From positions 1-62,145 of the forward strand of contig CAYUVA010000023.1 in NCBI GenBank assembly GCA_964448115.1: a stretch of 62,145 bases of DNA, written 5' to 3'. A program made the translations under genes and the position numbers. The notes under the pieces were generated by a model. That model was not told the DNA's origin and did no database searches. It saw nothing but the letters and a program-made list of their open reading frames with translations. Position 1 is the first letter of the stretch. Every line of letters starts with the position of its first letter. Below are positions 7,805 through 18,567 of the stretch, one piece after another. Origin of the DNA: an uncultured bacterium. Its GTDB lineage: Bacteria > CAYUVA01.

Positions 7805-10279
7805 TCACATCACATCCACGGGATCGATATCAAAGCGAGCATCGATAGCTTGCTTGTTTGCAAAAGCCCTGGCTCTGCCGAGCAGATTGTGCAGCGATGA
7901 GACCTGTTTGCTCTTGATGAACATCTGCCAGCGATACTTGCCGCGCAGCTTTGCTAATGGCGCCGGCGCCGGTCCGAGGATCTCCATATCAGCCGACTTG
8001 CCTGCATCCAAAAATCGTCTGATCTTGATGATATCACCGAAACATTCTCTAGGATCGGCATGTGATACTACTATGTTAGCCATCCTGGTAAAAGGTGGAT
8101 AGCCAAGTCTCTCCCTGAAGACTATCTCGTTGGCATAGAAAGCGTCGTAGTCGTGCTCCTTTGTATGCTGCAAGGCATAATGTGTGGGCGAGTATGTCTG
8201 AATGAGCACATTTCCAGCCATATCCCCGCGCCCGGCTCGTCCGGCGACCTGGGTCAGTGTCTGGAATGCCCTCTCGGCAGCCCGGAAGTCAGGCAGGTTA
8301 AGCAAATCGTCTGCATTGAGCACGCAGACAAGCGTTACGCCAGGCAGATCATGCCCCTTGGTAATCATCTGGGTGCCGACCAGGATATCGATCGCCCTGG
8401 TCTCCATCTCCTTTATGATAACATCGTGGCTTCTTTTCCTGGTTACCGCATCGGAGTCCATACGCACTATCCTGGCACCCTTGAAAAGCTCTTTCAGTTC
8501 CTGTTCGATGCGCTGGGTGCCGAAGCCTCTATAATCCAATGGATTGCCGCATTCGGGACAAAGCTCCACCATCTTGCTCTTGTAACCGCAATAATGGCAG
8601 CGCAATGCCTGCATCTTTTGATGATACTTCAGGGCAACCGAGCAATCCGGGCAACGTAGCACATTGCCGCAGTGCTGGCATATCGCCGAGGTATGAAAGG
8701 CGCGCTTATTTTTGAAGATCAAAGTCTGGTTGCCCTTGATAAGGTTTTTGGTAATCTGTTCGATCATGAGCATGGAGAACTCGCCGACTATATTCCCTCG
8801 CCTGTAGTGCTTGCGCATGTCTATGATATGCACCTTGGGCATTGGGCGGTCATCTATGCGCTTGGGGATACGATGCAGGCGATACTTTCCGATCTGAGTG
8901 TTATAGAAGCTCTCCACCGATGGGGTGGCGCTGCCTAGTATCACGGGACACGAGGCGAGCTTACCGCGATAGACAGCTACATCTCTGCCATGGTACATGG
9001 GAACCTCATCCTGTTTATAGGAGCTGTCATGTTCCTCGTCGCATACGATAAGCCCCAGGTTCTCAAAAGGAGCAAAGATAGCGGATCGTGCGCCGATAGC
9101 TATATTCAGCTCTGAGCGCTTTATCTTGCTGAACTGGTCGTACCTCTCGGCAGCGGAAACCTTTGAATGAAGAATAGCTATGGTATCCCCGTATCTGCCG
9201 CGAAATCTCTTGACCAACTGGGGAGTAAGGCTTATCTCTGGAACCAGAACGATTGCCTGCATATCATTCTGTAATACCTTATCAATGGCTTGCAGATATA
9301 CTTCGGTCTTACCGCTGCCGGTAACCCCATAGACCAGGTGAACCTGGAATCGTTTTGCTTCAATGTCATCAATTACTTGTTCAAGAATACTCCTTTGGCT
9401 TTCGGTGAGCTGCCGTGGCTTGGGATAATCGTCAACCGGCTCCTCCAGTGGCGAGCGATATACCCTCTCGCGCTCGATGACTATCAGTCCCTTTTCCTCA
9501 AGCGCCTTAGCTATGGTATAGACATCGCCGAACTCATCCTTGAGATCGGATAACAGGCAATCTCCCCCCTTGCGGGCTATGGATAGCAAAAATTCTCTTC
9601 TTTTTGGAGTAAGCTTGCCCTGTTCTTCCAGAACTTGATCGATCTCATCGATAAAGAAGTTCAATCGCACCGCCTTCTGGAACTTAGGCTGCACTAGCGG
9701 TTTCGAGATCTCCTTTTTAAGTGTGATCAATCCATCCTTTTCCAGTATCCGAAGTGCGGAAAATATGTCCTTGCCAGGGAAAGCGTTGGCTAATGATTCA
9801 ATATCGACCTGTTGATGGTCAAGGATATATCTAAGCACTGCGCGACGGGTGGTCGCTCTGGCAGGCACGAAAGCGAGAGCCATGTCCTTGTTGATATTGG
9901 TTGCGGGTACTACCTTGCTTATGCTGCCGACATTTATGCCCCCTGGAAGTGCTGCTTTCAAGGTCAGGCCAAGGGGGCTTATATAGTATCGTGATATCCA
10001 ACGAGCCAGCTCTATTATCTGCCCGGATAGGATAGGCTTTTCATCGAGTAACTGGAGCACCTCCTTGAGCTTGGGATACTCGGAGGACTCCTTGAGGCTG
10101 ATCACATACCCGGTTGTATATCGATTGCGCAAGGGAACCACGACCCGGTGTCCGATCTCGATATTCTCCCTAAGATCCAGAGGCACTAGGTAATCAAGCG
10201 GTTCGTCTAGACTTTCTTGCACCGCGACAACCGCTACCTTTTTAGATCCCGTGTCCATTGTACGATCATTAAACATCAT
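7805..10279 (-). CDS. priA: Primosomal protein N' (replication restart helicase)
   Basis: GVTGSGKTEVY, LVPEISLTPQ, DEEH, GSATPS, four CxxC pairs, QVAGRAGR. Confidence 0.98.
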   Translation of the reverse strand: MMFNDRTMDTGSKKVAVVAVQESLDEPLDYLVPLDLRENIEIGHRVVVPLRNRYTTGYVISLKESSEYPKLKEVLQLLDEKPILSGQIIELARWISRYYISPLGLTLKAALPGGINVGSISKVVPATNINKDMALAFVPARATTRRAVLRYILDHQQVDIESLANAFPGKDIFSALRILEKDGLITLKKEISKPLVQPKFQKAVRLNFFIDEIDQVLEEQGKLTPKRREFLLSIARKGGDCLLSDLKDEFGDVYTIAKALEEKGLIVIERERVYRSPLEEPVDDYPKPRQLTESQRSILEQVIDDIEAKRFQVHLVYGVTGSGKTEVYLQAIDKVLQNDMQAIVLVPEISLTPQLVKRFRGRYGDTIAILHSKVSAAERYDQFSKIKRSELNIAIGARSAIFAPFENLGLIVCDEEHDSSYKQDEVPMYHGRDVAVYRGKLASCPVILGSATPSVESFYNTQIGKYRLHRIPKRIDDRPMPKVHIIDMRKHYRRGNIVGEFSMLMIEQITKNLIKGNQTLIFKNKRAFHTSAICQHCGNVLRCPDCSVALKYHQKMQALRCHYCGYKSKMVELCPECGNPLDYRGFGTQRIEQELKELFKGARIVRMDSDAVTRKRSHDVIIKEMETRAIDILVGTQMITKGHDLPGVTLVCVLNADDLLNLPDFRAAERAFQTLTQVAGRAGRGDMAGNVLIQTYSPTHYALQHTKEHDYDAFYANEIVFRERLGYPPFTRMANIVVSHADPRECFGDIIKIRRFLDAGKSADMEILGPAPAPLAKLRGKYRWQMFIKSKQVSSLHNLLGRARAFANKQAIDARFDIDPVDVM

Positions 10280-10384
10280 TTGCGGCTAGCGCCATGCTCA
10301 TTGGCAAGGAAAATTCACCTCTCCCCAGCCATTTCTCGAAGGGAGTAAGCGATCCTGTTCCCTATTCACTGAAAGAGGACTTTA

Positions 10385-12103
10385 TTAACACCGCGCAATG
10401 TCCTTAATAATAAATTGAATCCTCTCAATACCCCTGAAAGTATTGAATTCCGGTGAGTAAGCCATGGAAAACTTCTCTCCCGGCTTGGGGAGCTTGCTCC
10501 TGATATCCCCCACCGACCACCAAAGGGCATCGAAGCTGGCGCCGGAGTTATGAGGACGCACATTCAGCTTGATATGTTTATCCTTGAGCAAACTGGGCGC
10601 AACGGTCAGTACAAGATTCCGAGAATAAAATACTGGCTGTGGATTTCCGGCTCCAAACGGTTCACACTGGTTTATCTCCAGTAACAACCTTTTTTTAAGT
10701 TTGTTAGCATCGATCTGTGCATCGATATCCAAGTAAGGTATGCGCAAGTCAGAGGTGAAGAGATGTTTGTTAAGCTGATTCAGCCTGATCCTCAACTCCT
10801 CGATTTTGTCTTTGTGAATGCTAAAGCCGATCGCTCCCTCGTGTCCACCCCACCCCTCGAAGAGATCAGCCAAAGGAGCGATAGCCTTCACCAGGTTGAA
10901 CCCAGCAATGCTTCTTCCCGAGGCGCGCCCCTGATCGCCTTCCAGCGCGATGAGGATTGTTGGTTTGTTGAGCTGTTCCTTGACCTTGGAGGCAACGATG
11001 CCGATGACTCCCTGATGCCAGCCCTCCCTTGCAAGTACGAGTATATTATCTTGGCACATCGGGTGTCTTTGAGCCATTTCCATTGCCTCTTTGAATATCT
11101 TCTCCTGTATGCGTTGTCGGCGACTGTTCTCTCGATTCAAGGTTATGGCAAGCTGCATTACCTTTTGTGGGTCTTCCTCCAACAGCAATTGTAGGCTCTT
11201 ATTTGCATGTTCCAGCCTTCCCATGACATTTAGTCGGGGGGCGATGATAAAGCCGACATCAGTAGCGGTAATTGGTCGGTCGTTTATGCCAGCCAGGCTG
11301 CACAACGCCTTTAGTCCCGGATTGAAGATATTGGATAATGCCCTTAGTCCGAAAAATGAGATGATTCGATTCTCACCGATAAGTAGGGAGACATCAGCGA
11401 TGGCACCTATGCAAGACAGACTCAGCGCCGAATGCATTGCTAGCGGGGGATTTATCCTTTTTTTCAATGCTTGGTATATCTTGAAGGCGACCACGCTGCC
11501 AGAGATATTTTTATCCGTATATGGGCAGTCTATGCGGTTCGGATTTACCACTGCAAGCGCTTGTGGAAGTTCATCCCCTCGCGGCTGGTGGTGATCGGTT
11601 ATTATCAAGTCCATGCCAAGTTCACTTGCTAGCGTAGCCTCCTCGAAGTCCGTAATGCCGCAATCGACGGAGATGATCAGGCTGCACCCTAACCTATGGG
11701 CATATTCAATTCCTCGTCTGCTCAAGCCAAAGCCATCCTGGAAACGGCAAGGGAGGTAGCAATGGACATCAACCCCTAGAGGCTTAAATAATTTATACAA
11801 AAGCGCAGTGCCAGTGATGCCATCCACATCGTAATCACCATGTATAAGGATGCGCTCTTTTTGTTTTATTGCCCGCAGGATGCGTTCTATTGCAGGCTCC
11901 ATATCCTTCATGCTGTAAGGATCGGGGAGAGTCGAGAGGTTGGGGTACAAGAATTCAAGCGCTGCCTCTTTTGTATGATAGCCTCTTTTCAAAAGTAGTT
12001 CCGTGAGGGTTACCGAGACATCGAGTTGTTTGGCTAGATCTAAAAGGTTCCTTCCTTGCTTCTCTGGTAAGTTCCATCTATAAAAAATACCCTTGACCTT
12101 CAT
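10385..12103 (-). CDS. recJ: Single-stranded DNA exonuclease RecJ
   Basis: HGDYDVDG, VDCG, ITDHH, APRLNVMGRL, GWHQGVIGIVAS, GGH, EPFGAGNPQP. Confidence 0.97.
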   Translation of the reverse strand: MKVKGIFYRWNLPEKQGRNLLDLAKQLDVSVTLTELLLKRGYHTKEAALEFLYPNLSTLPDPYSMKDMEPAIERILRAIKQKERILIHGDYDVDGITGTALLYKLFKPLGVDVHCYLPCRFQDGFGLSRRGIEYAHRLGCSLIISVDCGITDFEEATLASELGMDLIITDHHQPRGDELPQALAVVNPNRIDCPYTDKNISGSVVAFKIYQALKKRINPPLAMHSALSLSCIGAIADVSLLIGENRIISFFGLRALSNIFNPGLKALCSLAGINDRPITATDVGFIIAPRLNVMGRLEHANKSLQLLLEEDPQKVMQLAITLNRENSRRQRIQEKIFKEAMEMAQRHPMCQDNILVLAREGWHQGVIGIVASKVKEQLNKPTILIALEGDQGRASGRSIAGFNLVKAIAPLADLFEGWGGHEGAIGFSIHKDKIEELRIRLNQLNKHLFTSDLRIPYLDIDAQIDANKLKKRLLLEINQCEPFGAGNPQPVFYSRNLVLTVAPSLLKDKHIKLNVRPHNSGASFDALWWSVGDIRSKLPKPGEKFSMAYSPEFNTFRGIERIQFIIKDIARC

Positions 12104-12105
12104 GA

Positions 12106-13260
12106 TTATATTATCCCCTTTTCCTGGATTATGCGATAATAAAATTCGATTATGGGTTCAGTTCTATTCTGCTCGCTGAAATGTTCCTTAATTCTTTGAT
12201 GGGCAGCCTTGCCCAGACTCTTTCGCAACCCATTATCATTGATCAAGGCAACTATATGCTCAGCTAGTTGTTGATGGCTCTGGTAGTCAGCGATCAAACC
12301 GCTCTTATTGTGCTCTATTATCTCTGGTATTGCACCTAGATTGCATCCAACGGTCGGCTTCCCACAAGCCATCATCTGGAGCAATGCCCTGCATGTCCCA
12401 TCAGAGCCTTCGGCAATGTAAATCCCGATATCCAGTGCTGCAATGAGGAAAGGGTAGTCGTCCCTGAAGCCGGTAATCGCTGTCTTATTCTCAATCCCTT
12501 TCTTCTCTAGGAGTCGGCGTAGCTTCTTCTCCAGTGGACCTCGCCCTATGAGCAGAAGACGAGCATTTGGAGCACGGTTGGATACAAGCTGGAACGCCTC
12601 AAGCAATACAAGATGCTGTCGTTTCTTGACCAGCCTGGCTGGATATCCGATCAATATATCCTCTCCATCTCGCAAGAACTCACTGCGTATGTCATCGGCA
12701 CTCATCCCAGGATTGTATTCTTGCAGCTTTACAGCTCCTGGCACGGTGATAATGCGATCATTCGCCATGCTGAGCCTTTTTAAGTCAAGCTGCCTGGTGG
12801 TTTCAGCCACCTCGATTATGCCGTCGGTAAGCTGGGCATTTATCCTTTTGCTTATGGGATCGATGCGCAGCGGCTTGGAGCGATGATTGCTCCTTATCAG
12901 GATACACGGCAGGTTGTTTCTTGTTAGTGCCAAAGCGGCGATCGTGTGATCGGTGCTGCTATGGCAGTGCACTACATCGATATTCCACCTTCTTAGGTTT
13001 GCTTGCAATCTTGAGATATCATACAGCGGGTCTATGAGTGCCAGCTTTCTGTTAAGGCGCAGTGATGTATCGGGCATCAATCCCCGTTTCTTTGCCATGA
13101 CCTCGAGCGAGAGCGGCTTGCTTTGATCAGCCTGGCAGCCAAAGTACACCGTATGCCCAAGTTCCCTTTGTTTCAGGCAGACATCGAGCACCGGCTCGGC
13201 GACCCCGGTATATTTATTGCTAGCTACTATGTGGTAGATATTGAGTATCCTTCGGCGCAT
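12106..13260 (-). CDS. Glycosyltransferase family 4
   Basis: GT-B motifs: DVVHCH, ARLVKKRQH, MACGKPTV...GAIPEIIEHNKSGL; start may be TTG 13281. Confidence 0.88.
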   Translation of the reverse strand: MRRRILNIYHIVASNKYTGVAEPVLDVCLKQRELGHTVYFGCQADQSKPLSLEVMAKKRGLMPDTSLRLNRKLALIDPLYDISRLQANLRRWNIDVVHCHSSTDHTIAALALTRNNLPCILIRSNHRSKPLRIDPISKRINAQLTDGIIEVAETTRQLDLKRLSMANDRIITVPGAVKLQEYNPGMSADDIRSEFLRDGEDILIGYPARLVKKRQHLVLLEAFQLVSNRAPNARLLLIGRGPLEKKLRRLLEKKGIENKTAITGFRDDYPFLIAALDIGIYIAEGSDGTCRALLQMMACGKPTVGCNLGAIPEIIEHNKSGLIADYQSHQQLAEHIVALINDNGLRKSLGKAAHQRIKEHFSEQNRTEPIIEFYYRIIQEKGII

Positions 13261-13301
13261 TTTCCTAAGAAAGTATAGCAAACTAGACTCTTTTTAACTA
13301 A

Positions 13302-13330
13302 TTGACAGCTTTGATTGTATTTCTTAAGAT
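13302..13330 (+). promoter_or_regulatory. Sigma70 promoter for the TPR lipoprotein gene
   Basis: TTGACA-N17-TAAGAT. Confidence 0.55.
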
Positions 13331-13372
13331 CCAACATCGAAATGGATAGTTAACTAGAAAAACGGGGAAGTC

Positions 13373-14473
13373 ATGAGAACACTTAGGTCGATGATAAGCA
13401 TAGCTTTGATCCTCATTGCAGCCATTGTCCTGGTCGATTGCAAGGGAAAAGGCAAGGACGAGGCTGGTGAAAGAAGCATCGAGGATGCCTATACGTTATA
13501 TACCTGGGGACTGGAGCTGATTGATCGGGATAAGCCGGATGAGGCTTTTGAGAAATTCCAACGAGCTATCGAGTTAGATCCGACAAACTCGGAGGTTTAC
13601 CACCAGCTTGGCAACTACTACTATCGTTATAAGCGCGATTTCAACAAGGCTATCGAGAATTATAAAAAGGCTGTCGAGTATAACGAGGAGTACTGGCAAT
13701 CCTGGAATAACCTGGGCAGCATCTATTACAAGATGGGAGAGGCTGAAAAGGCGATCCAGGCATGGGAACGAGCCATCGAGGTGAATCCCAACTCCTATTT
13801 TGCAATGGAGAACCTCGGCTTAGCTTACACTCATAAGGGCGATTTCGACACTGCGCTACGATATTACAGGGAGTGTATCAACATAGATCCCAATATCAAG
13901 TCGGTCTATTACCATCTGGCTCAGATGTACGCCAAGGCAGGCGACTTTCCTATGGCAAAACAGGCGGCAAACGAGATACTTAAAAATAATCCTTACGACC
14001 CCTTTGCCAAGAACATTATGGGCGATATTTACTTCGCTGAAGGTAAGTATGACAAGGCGCTAAAGGAATACCGGGATGTCATCAAGATCAGACCGAATAA
14101 TGCTCGACCATATATAACCGCTGCTTTTTTGATCTCGGAGACAGGTGGGGATCTCAAGGAAGCGGAGAAGATGCTGCTAAAAGCTAAGGGAATGACGCCT
14201 TCGCTCGACTACCTGGTCGATAACAAGCTCGGATGGGTTTACTACAAGATGGGCAAGTATGAGCAGGCACTGGAATTGTTCGATATAAGCCTGCAAAAGA
14301 CGCCCCAGGGTGATATCCTGACCCAAAGCGAAATCTATTATCACAAGGGGATGGCTCTTTTGAAATTGAGTAAGATTCCAGAAGCGAAAGAGTCATTCAA
14401 CCTGGCAATAGAGAAACTGCCCCAGGGAGAATTTGCTCAGGAGGCAAGGCAAGAGCTTGGAAAACTTAACTAA
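13373..14473 (+). CDS. TPR-repeat protein, probable lipoprotein
   Basis: Signal peptide ending LVDC; ~9 TPR units (e.g. WNNLGSIYYKMGEAEKAIQAWERAIEVNP). Confidence 0.88.
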   Translation: MRTLRSMISIALILIAAIVLVDCKGKGKDEAGERSIEDAYTLYTWGLELIDRDKPDEAFEKFQRAIELDPTNSEVYHQLGNYYYRYKRDFNKAIENYKKAVEYNEEYWQSWNNLGSIYYKMGEAEKAIQAWERAIEVNPNSYFAMENLGLAYTHKGDFDTALRYYRECINIDPNIKSVYYHLAQMYAKAGDFPMAKQAANEILKNNPYDPFAKNIMGDIYFAEGKYDKALKEYRDVIKIRPNNARPYITAAFLISETGGDLKEAEKMLLKAKGMTPSLDYLVDNKLGWVYYKMGKYEQALELFDISLQKTPQGDILTQSEIYYHKGMALLKLSKIPEAKESFNLAIEKLPQGEFAQEARQELGKLN

Positions 14474-14514
14474 TTTAGGTTTGAAACATATTGTAAAATT
14501 ATTGGAAAAATCAC

Positions 14515-15465
14515 TTGGATATAGATAAACCTAAAATAGATGTCAAGCTCGACCTTTCCATAATCATACCAGTCTTCAACGAGGCGTCCACGCTCGAGGA
14601 GTTGCATAGAAGGCTAGTAACAGTCCTTGACCAATTGGACAAAACTTATGAGATCATCTTTATCGATGATGGCAGCACCGATGACAGCCTCCAGGTGCTA
14701 AAAGCCCTTCAGCAGGCTGATAAACGCCTCAGGATCATCAGCTTCATGCGCAACTTCGGTCAGCATCCTGCCATAATCGCCGGCTTTACCCACTGTCGCT
14801 CAGAGGTGGCGATAAGTATGGACGCAGACCTGCAGAATCCACCCGAGGAGATACCGAAGATACTGGCAAAGATCGACCAGGGCTACGAGCATGTCGGTGG
14901 CTGGCGGCAGGGCAGGAGCGACAGTTTTTTTCGGCGACTTACCAGCAAACTGGCAAACCGGATGATCGCGCGCTTTACCGGCGTTGAGCTAAACGACTAT
15001 GGCTGCGCGCTGAGAGCATATACTCGCAATGTGATAGAGAGCTTGGTGGGGCTAAAGGAGCGCACGATACACATCTCGGCCATGGCTTGCTGGATGGGAT
15101 TTAACTCCACAGAAGTGCCCATTGAACATGAGGTCAGAAAGGTTGGAAAAAGCAGCTATAACCTGCGCAAGCTGCTCAGGATGGTTTTCGACCTTGTAAC
15201 CGGTTATTCCAGCTTTCCGATGGAGCTGATGAGCTTCATCGGATTCATTTTCGCCTTTCTCGGTTTCTTGCTCGGCGGATATCTGCTTATGCTAAGACTA
15301 ATATATGGCGTTGTTTCTGGATTTCGTACAGTAGTAGCTCTCGGATTCATATTCATGGGCATACAGTTGTTATCCCTTGGTATCATCGGTCAGTACCTAG
15401 TGCGCAACTATAACCAGACGCAGGATCGCCCCTTGTATATAATAAGAGAGATAATCGACGATTAG
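14515..15465 (+). CDS. GT2 polyprenol-phosphate glycosyltransferase (ArnC/GtrB-like)
   Basis: SIIIPVFNE, IDDGSTD, RNFGQHPA, MDADLQNPPEEIP, two C-terminal TM helices. Confidence 0.9.
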   Translation: MDIDKPKIDVKLDLSIIIPVFNEASTLEELHRRLVTVLDQLDKTYEIIFIDDGSTDDSLQVLKALQQADKRLRIISFMRNFGQHPAIIAGFTHCRSEVAISMDADLQNPPEEIPKILAKIDQGYEHVGGWRQGRSDSFFRRLTSKLANRMIARFTGVELNDYGCALRAYTRNVIESLVGLKERTIHISAMACWMGFNSTEVPIEHEVRKVGKSSYNLRKLLRMVFDLVTGYSSFPMELMSFIGFIFAFLGFLLGGYLLMLRLIYGVVSGFRTVVALGFIFMGIQLLSLGIIGQYLVRNYNQTQDRPLYIIREIIDD

Positions 15466-15470
15466 ATCTG

Positions 15471-16208
15471 CTAGTCCAGATAGACCTCCAGGATTCCATC
15501 TATCGAGTTCAACCTCCTGACCATATTGACCTGGTCTGTCTTGTGGGGGATGACAATGGTCATCTCGAACTCGATCCCTTTGGCTCTGCGATTCAAGGAG
15601 AAATTGGAGACCTTTACATTGCTCTTATCAAGCACCTCCATAATCTGGGTAAAGAGTCTGGGGGTCTCCTCGCCGGTTACAGTCAATATCCTGCGCACTG
15701 ATTTGCCACCTAGTAGCGTCTCCAGGGTCTCGAAAAAGGACAAGGACAATAGCAAGAAGAATGTGGTCATGATAGCTGCAATATAATATCCGCTTCCCAC
15801 GGCAAGCCCAATTCCGGCGGTTGCCCAAAGAGTTGCTGCGGTAGTCAATCCCTTTACCGATGCTCCCATGCGAAGTATGGCTCCTGCGCCCAGGAAACCG
15901 ATCCCGCTTACCACCTGAGCAGCAATTCTGCCAGGATCAGCATTGGGGCATTTGGCGAGATCGATTGCGACATGTATGGAGACGACCATTATCAGAGCTG
16001 AGCCAATGCAAAGCACTATATGGGTACGAAATCCAGCCGGCAGCGCCTTGCGTTCACGCTCCATGCCGATGAGACTCCCCAACACAAGCGCCAGGAAAAG
16101 GCGTTTCAGGATCACAATGTCGTGAGAGCCTAAAACCTGGCTAAGCCATTGTCCTATAGATTCCATGATTACTATTATTATATGTTTGAATCCTAACAGA
16201 AACGACAT
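15471..16208 (-). CDS. MgtC/SapB family membrane protein with a C-terminal ACT-like domain
   Basis: IGMERE...AGFRTH...DPGRIAAQVVSGIGFLGAGAI...GLTTAATLW; real start may be ATG 16166. Confidence 0.93.
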   Translation of the reverse strand: MSFLLGFKHIIIVIMESIGQWLSQVLGSHDIVILKRLFLALVLGSLIGMERERKALPAGFRTHIVLCIGSALIMVVSIHVAIDLAKCPNADPGRIAAQVVSGIGFLGAGAILRMGASVKGLTTAATLWATAGIGLAVGSGYYIAAIMTTFFLLLSLSFFETLETLLGGKSVRRILTVTGEETPRLFTQIMEVLDKSNVKVSNFSLNRRAKGIEFEMTIVIPHKTDQVNMVRRLNSIDGILEVYLD

Positions 16209-16239
16209 TTAGAGTAAATAAGTCCGCGGATTTTGTTAT

Positions 16240-16339
16240 CTTTGTGCCTTTGTGATTTAATAATCATCGCATTTCGCACTCTTTCTTCTTTTTTGGGTCC
16301 TTGCCTCTTTGCGCCTTTGCGAGGGCAGGCTTTGCGTGA
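16240..16339 (-). repeat. Cluster of CTTTG(T/C)GCCTTTG(T/C)G repeats (same dispersed family)
   Basis: CTTTGTGCCTTTGTGATTTAA at 16240-16260 and CTTTGCGCCTTTGCGAG...CTTTGCGTGA at 16307-16339. Confidence 0.55.
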
Positions 16340-16576
16340 TCCTCTTTTCCTCCTAAAGCCAAAGGTCCAAAGACTAGAGACTTTTCTAATTTGGTTGTGG
16401 CTATGTTGCCATAATTTTTAGTGTCCGTAAATCGCTTTCAGCAGCTCATCGAGATGTTAAGAGACCGAGGGATGAGTGATGCCGAACCTGGAGTCCCCGA
16501 AGTTGTGTTTGACGATGGGGGGAGGGTCGAAGGGTAGCTCGAAGGTGCTATCCTCTGTAATAATGTGGTTTGGGGC

Positions 16577-17875
16577 TTACTTATTGTCCAGGATCGTATT
16601 TTTTAGATTTGTCCTATCGAAGATAGCGCCCTCGATGTTTGCGCCGGACAGATTTGCATTCTCAAGGTTGGCGCCGGTGAAATCAGCCCCGCTCAAGACC
16701 GCACCCTCCAGATTAGACTCTGAGAGATCGGAGCCAGAGAAATCGGTATTGCTGTAATTTGCTCCCATAAGGTCGCAGCCAATCATAATGCACTCGGTAA
16801 TCTCGCTGTTCATTCCCTCGGCGAAAGTGAGTCTTACATCCTTCATTATCGATCCCTTGAAGAGGACGCTATTCATCTGGGAGCCTGTAAAATCAGAGTG
16901 TTCCAGGTTAGAGTTTATGAACTGTGCCTTGTTGGTTATTGCTCCGGTGAAATTGCAGCCAGTGAAATTGCAGTTATCGAATATCGCTGAGTCCAGATTA
17001 GACCCCTCGAAGCTGGTCAGCTTGAAGTTTGCTCCGCTCGCCTTTGCATCCTTTAATTTACTGTTACGGATTGTCGCCTTGGGTAGGTTGGCATTAGAGA
17101 AATCTACACCTACTAATGTAGCATTGACAAATAAGGCTTTTTCGAGGTCCGCATTGAAGAACTTTGCCCCGATCAGGTTAGCCTTGGTGAAATCAACCTC
17201 GTGCAGATGTGCTTCCTTCAAGCTAGCCCCCATTGCCAGGACACCTCTGAATCTCGCCTTACCTGCCTCGATCCCATCGAGTATGGCGCCAATCAACCTG
17301 CTGTTATCCAGGGCGCATCGCTCCATAACACAAAGCTCCATGTGCGCTGATGTGAGGTTGCATTCCTTGAAGATCGCTCGCTTCATAGTAGCTCCGCGCA
17401 GCTTGCATGCCTCCATATCGACATCATCGAACCTGCCCTCATTCAAGTCGGAAAGCACAAGCAACACCCCCCGCAGGTTGGAGCTTCTAACCTTTACGCT
17501 ATGCAGGTCAGCCTCGCTAACATCAATGTCCTCGATCTGAGCCTTATCGAATATGGCACCAACTAGAGATGATCTCTTCAAGGAGGTCTTTCTGAATTTG
17601 GTGTGGGTAAAATCAGCTCCATTCATATTCGCTGATTCCAGGAACACCTCATCGAGGGTGGTAAAAGAGAACTTGCTGTATTCGAGATTTGCCCCCGAGA
17701 AATTGACCCGCTTGAGCTTGGCGCCGGTGAAAATCGCACCCACCAGGTCAGAGCGTGAGAAGTTGATGCTCGATATGATAAGCCCCATGAAATCGGCGCC
17801 AGTAAGATCAAGCTCGGAGAAATCGTCCCGCCTCTTGAGCTTCTCGACGATCTCGCTGTTTGAAAATACGCTCAT
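16577..17875 (-). CDS. Pentapeptide-repeat protein (almost entirely repeats)
   Basis: Continuous (A/S)(D/N)(L/F)xx pentapeptides over ~410 aa. Confidence 0.92.
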   Translation of the reverse strand: MSVFSNSEIVEKLKRRDDFSELDLTGADFMGLIISSINFSRSDLVGAIFTGAKLKRVNFSGANLEYSKFSFTTLDEVFLESANMNGADFTHTKFRKTSLKRSSLVGAIFDKAQIEDIDVSEADLHSVKVRSSNLRGVLLVLSDLNEGRFDDVDMEACKLRGATMKRAIFKECNLTSAHMELCVMERCALDNSRLIGAILDGIEAGKARFRGVLAMGASLKEAHLHEVDFTKANLIGAKFFNADLEKALFVNATLVGVDFSNANLPKATIRNSKLKDAKASGANFKLTSFEGSNLDSAIFDNCNFTGCNFTGAITNKAQFINSNLEHSDFTGSQMNSVLFKGSIMKDVRLTFAEGMNSEITECIMIGCDLMGANYSNTDFSGSDLSESNLEGAVLSGADFTGANLENANLSGANIEGAIFDRTNLKNTILDNK

Positions 17876-17958
17876 CGTAACCTACTGGCTAATGTCCGTC
17901 TTCTTTATCGTAATCTTAAACATCTAATTTCACTCGTAGTTACAATTAGATTTCATGG

Positions 17959-18567
17959 TCAAATCGCTCCAGAGACCTCGCTTGTACCATCCTCTTTGCC
18001 CAGGTCATCCTTATTTTTCATATCCATCGTCTTGTAAAATATAAACACCAGACCGGCTATGAACACTGCGCCGGCTAGAATCAGAAAACCGGTGAATCCT
18101 AGAAGATTTTTACCCTGGTAAAATAAAGGGCTAGTGCCTGTAAGATACTGCTCAAAGGTGCCGACATGAATCAATCGATCAAATCCCCATACCAGTATGG
18201 TTACGAGATCGAAAATAGCAAGGGCGAGGATCACCCAGAATATAAGCATCCGTTCTAGCTTCACCAGGCACCATCCGATCGTATATCCGATCGCTGCTGC
18301 CACGAAATAGAAGTAAAAAAGCCAAATCGGCAGCCATCGAAAGCTATCGGCTGTATTCAGCGTGTACATCATGGACCAATCAGGATACCTTATCCACAGG
18401 TAAACACCGAGCGGAACGAATATGATCGCCTCAAAGAGCATTAGCAAGCCGAACCTTTTATTCAGATACATCCTATCGGATTTGACGATCTGTCTTCGTC
18501 CGGCAATGGTTAATCCCATACCGACTATAAGGCTAAGATATAGGTCAAGAGGTACTGTAGTCCTCAC
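17959..18567 (-). CDS. Hypothetical polytopic membrane protein
   Basis: About 5 hydrophobic segments; GTG start preceded by AAGGGG. Confidence 0.7.
   Translation of the reverse strand: MRTTVPLDLYLSLIVGMGLTIAGRRQIVKSDRMYLNKRFGLLMLFEAIIFVPLGVYLWIRYPDWSMMYTLNTADSFRWLPIWLFYFYFVAAAIGYTIGWCLVKLERMLIFWVILALAIFDLVTILVWGFDRLIHVGTFEQYLTGTSPLFYQGKNLLGFTGFLILAGAVFIAGLVFIFYKTMDMKNKDDLGKEDGTSEVSGAI

Noticed and set aside
10316-10345. CACCTCTCCCCAGCC...GGGAG stretch between recJ and priA resembling CCCTCTCCC-type REP elements
   Set aside because: Single, highly degenerate copy in the window; the pairing is too weak to call.
16418-16576. In-frame continuation after the pentapeptide gene stop (APNHIITEDSTFELPFDPPP...SVS*HLDELLKAIYGH*), suggesting read-through or a pseudogene
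   Set aside because: TAA stops, no start or RBS, and no recognisable family; cannot be supported without a homology search.
16476-17927. Long plus-strand ORFs (93, 250 and 124 aa)
   Set aside because: Antisense shadows of the pentapeptide-repeat gene.
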